Shown here piece after piece: positions 61,780 through 64,000 of a stretch of 64,000 bases of DNA. The position numbers were made by a program, and so were the translations under genes. This stretch comes from Ophelia neglecta (lineage: Eukaryota), in contig OZ260662.1 in NCBI GenBank assembly GCA_965285935.1, positions 58,900,001-58,964,000 on the forward strand, read 5' to 3'. Below the pieces are notes generated by a model. The model was not told where the DNA came from. It searched no databases and worked only from the letters and a program-made list of their open reading frames with translations. Within the stretch, counting starts at the first letter, position 1. The number at the start of each line of letters is the position of its first letter.

Positions 61780-62440
61780 TTCAGGAAGTAAATCTCTAAC
61801 ACCCTCCCTCCTCTGTGGTGATGTATTGATAGAACACATGGTGTTGACTTTTTATAACACCTTTCCGGCAAAGCTGCATCAGGTCCTGTATCTTTTGAAC
61901 ACTCACGGGAATTGTAGCTGAATACAAGTGTTCTGGGACCTGAATTTCTCGTTTGGCAACAAAGACGAATACTCTTGAAGTCCGGTATTGTGAAGTCATA
62001 CTTGAGTTGGACAACATACGGGTTATCTTGCTCGTATCTAATCCATTTTCTAAGTAGCGTTTGGTTGGTGTCTTTACGACAGTCATGAGACTCCATGGCA
62101 GGAAATGATCGGATATGATCAGTTACTATCAACCTCTGTCTATCAGAAACTTTGTTTCCTGGACTATGTCTACCGCGCTGGTCACTCATAACTGTGCCAC
62201 TCTCACTCTCTTGGCGCTTTTTCATTGCAAAGTAAACTATTTTTTTTCCCAATATCTAGTACCCAAAAAGAATTCTTTCCAAACCCTACATTTCACACCA
62301 ACAACTCGGACATAATACTGCCTTATATTTTGGCGTCTGGCTGCTTTGTCACAATCACCACTTGACTGGGTAACATATTTAGTAATGAAATCACGTTGTC
62401 TTTCCTAATTTGCTAAGGCCCAATATTTATTGAATATAGA
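61780..62440 (-). pseudogene. DNA transposase remnant, Sola1-like
   Basis: DQRGRH...HIRSFPAMESHDCRKDT..YL and a C-terminal IPVSVQKIQDLMQLC...HHVFYQ resemble Sola1-type transposases; the central DDE region appears deleted. Confidence 0.5.
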
Positions 62441-62667
62441 TTGACCCGTAAACGGGTCAATGTCATTACAAAGGAATTTGCAATTACAAGCAGCTTGTCT
62501 GACACCTCTAGCAGGGACTGTTTTTCCGGCTTGACCACATTGTCGATGAGGTTTCTCTTTACTTGCATCCCAGAGTTGATTTTTGTTTTACTTTCCTTTT
62601 ATACCTTCCCTGTCATTTTCAACCTCTACTAGCCTTATCTTGTTCTTGGTGCTTCCTGTTCCATCAA

Positions 62668-63385
62668 ATTAGATGCATTACATGTGGCAAACTTTATATT
62701 GGAGAAACCAAGCGCCGCCTTTCAGATAGATTTCGAGAACATCTCAGGGACATTAGAAAGTCGATAAGAGCCTTATCGGTCGTCCAACATTTCACCAGCA
62801 CAGGACATAACTGTGCTTAAACAATGTGCTAATGATATTGACAGAAAAGCCCTCGAAATGAGGCTAATCCATAAACCTTGACCCTCATGGTATGAATTTA
62901 GACTTCACATACAAGGTTTGAATACCAAATTATTTGTTCTTGTGTTTAGATTACTTCGGCCGCATGTCGAGTATATGGCATGATTTTTCTATATTTCTGA
63001 TATCTGACTGTTTCCCACCGGGCCGGTGTTTTCGTTTTTGTTTTTGTTGAAAATAACACTTCTTTCTATGTTTTTATTAATTGTTTGTGTATATATTTAC
63101 CTTGGTTTCTATGGCAACCTTGTCCGTGTGCTAATTGTAACTTTTGAGGCTATATATAACGTGATTACTACATCAATGTATCCCTTGAATGTGAGTGTTT
63201 TTGTTGCCTTGATTTTCCTGTGATCCGGTTGCCACTTATGCACGTTACACCGGGTGACGCAATGTGCGTCATGTATACATTCAGAACTGGAATTGAAATA
63301 AACGCCTGAAGAAGTCCAGATGGACGAAATATCGCAAATTGGATTTTATCTGTGTCTTATTTAATTTATCCTTATATATAATTTT
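62668..63385 (+). mobile_element. Penelope family C, 5'-truncated, uninterrupted (contains the empty sites for the DIRS and the 14060 family B insert)
   Basis: IRCITCGKLYIGETKRRLSDRFREH, followed by 3'UTR and pLTR. Confidence 0.9.
63304..63335 (+). ncRNA. Minimal hammerhead ribozyme, family C
   Basis: Same motif as at 59042. Confidence 0.75.
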
Positions 63386-63735
63386 TTAGTAATTTTCAGG
63401 TAAAATTTCAATAGTTGGGTATGTCTTGTTCGATGAATAAATTTTGACCTTTCTTCGCAATAAATTCGCAATGGCAGTTTGTACAACATTAAAGTGTTCC
63501 ATCAACCAGGTTGCCTGAGTCGCCACACTTGTTTCACAAACTCCTTTTAATTTATCCCACTCAGATACGGTTGGTAGAAGGAAAACTTCATGAGTATATG
63601 GGAACAAATTATTTTGCGGAGGAAAACTGATGCCAACAGGGTAACCTCGAGTTGCCTCACAGTTGCCTCGAACATGCAATTTCCATCTTGTGGAATCCTG
63701 ACTAGCTTTAAGTTATTTTTCTTCAGAAGTTCCAA
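63386..63735 (-). pseudogene. OTU-like cysteine protease fragment
   Basis: VRIPQDGNCMFEA...LRKIICSHI...YQPYL, then after a frameshift AIANLLRRKVKIYSS; cut off at the family C copy. Confidence 0.55.
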
Positions 63736-64000
63736 TAAACGGTTTCTATGATATTTTTCTCCATTTTGCTGCGCTAAATATTCTTATAAACTTTGTTGTT
63801 TTGTTCTGTTCCACTCTGGTACGAAAACTGGATCTTTGATGTCATTATCTTCTTCGCTGCTGGATGTTTGTTCATATTTTCTCTTTTTTGTCACTTTTCT
63901 TCGTTGGCGTCTGTAGATGGTGAAATCATACAAGTTCTTGTTCAATATGCTTATTATGTGATTTTTGTACTTGCGTTTATATGTCTATAATATGGGTAAA

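Overview
AT-rich eukaryotic (probably invertebrate animal) DNA with no recognisable host gene; almost the whole window is a nested retroelement cluster. Three Penelope-like (PLE, RT + GIY-YIG, Neptune-type CxxxxCxxC linker) families, here called A, B and C, each carry their own minimal hammerhead-like ribozyme in the pseudo-LTR (pLTR). Family A forms a 2078-bp tandem array (about 2.2-12.2 kb) and continues on both sides of a 45-kb nest. A family C copy is split by one DIRS1-type tyrosine-recombinase retrotransposon (14404-58670). Its left end, internal complementary region (ICR), right ITR and right extension are intact, and the matching empty site is present at 62928. The DIRS has grown to 44 kb through (i) a family B insertion in gag, (ii) an Academ-like TAG...CTA TIR element that itself holds a Gypsy remnant, and (iii) a head-to-tail amplification of its internal RT-RNaseH-methyltransferase-YR segment (12 repeat units plus the original partial copy), with higher-order structure and a polymorphic 97-bp hammerhead-only insert. 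The right end holds a Sola-like transposase remnant and an OTU-protease-like remnant. All calls come from reading motifs by eye; no database search was run.
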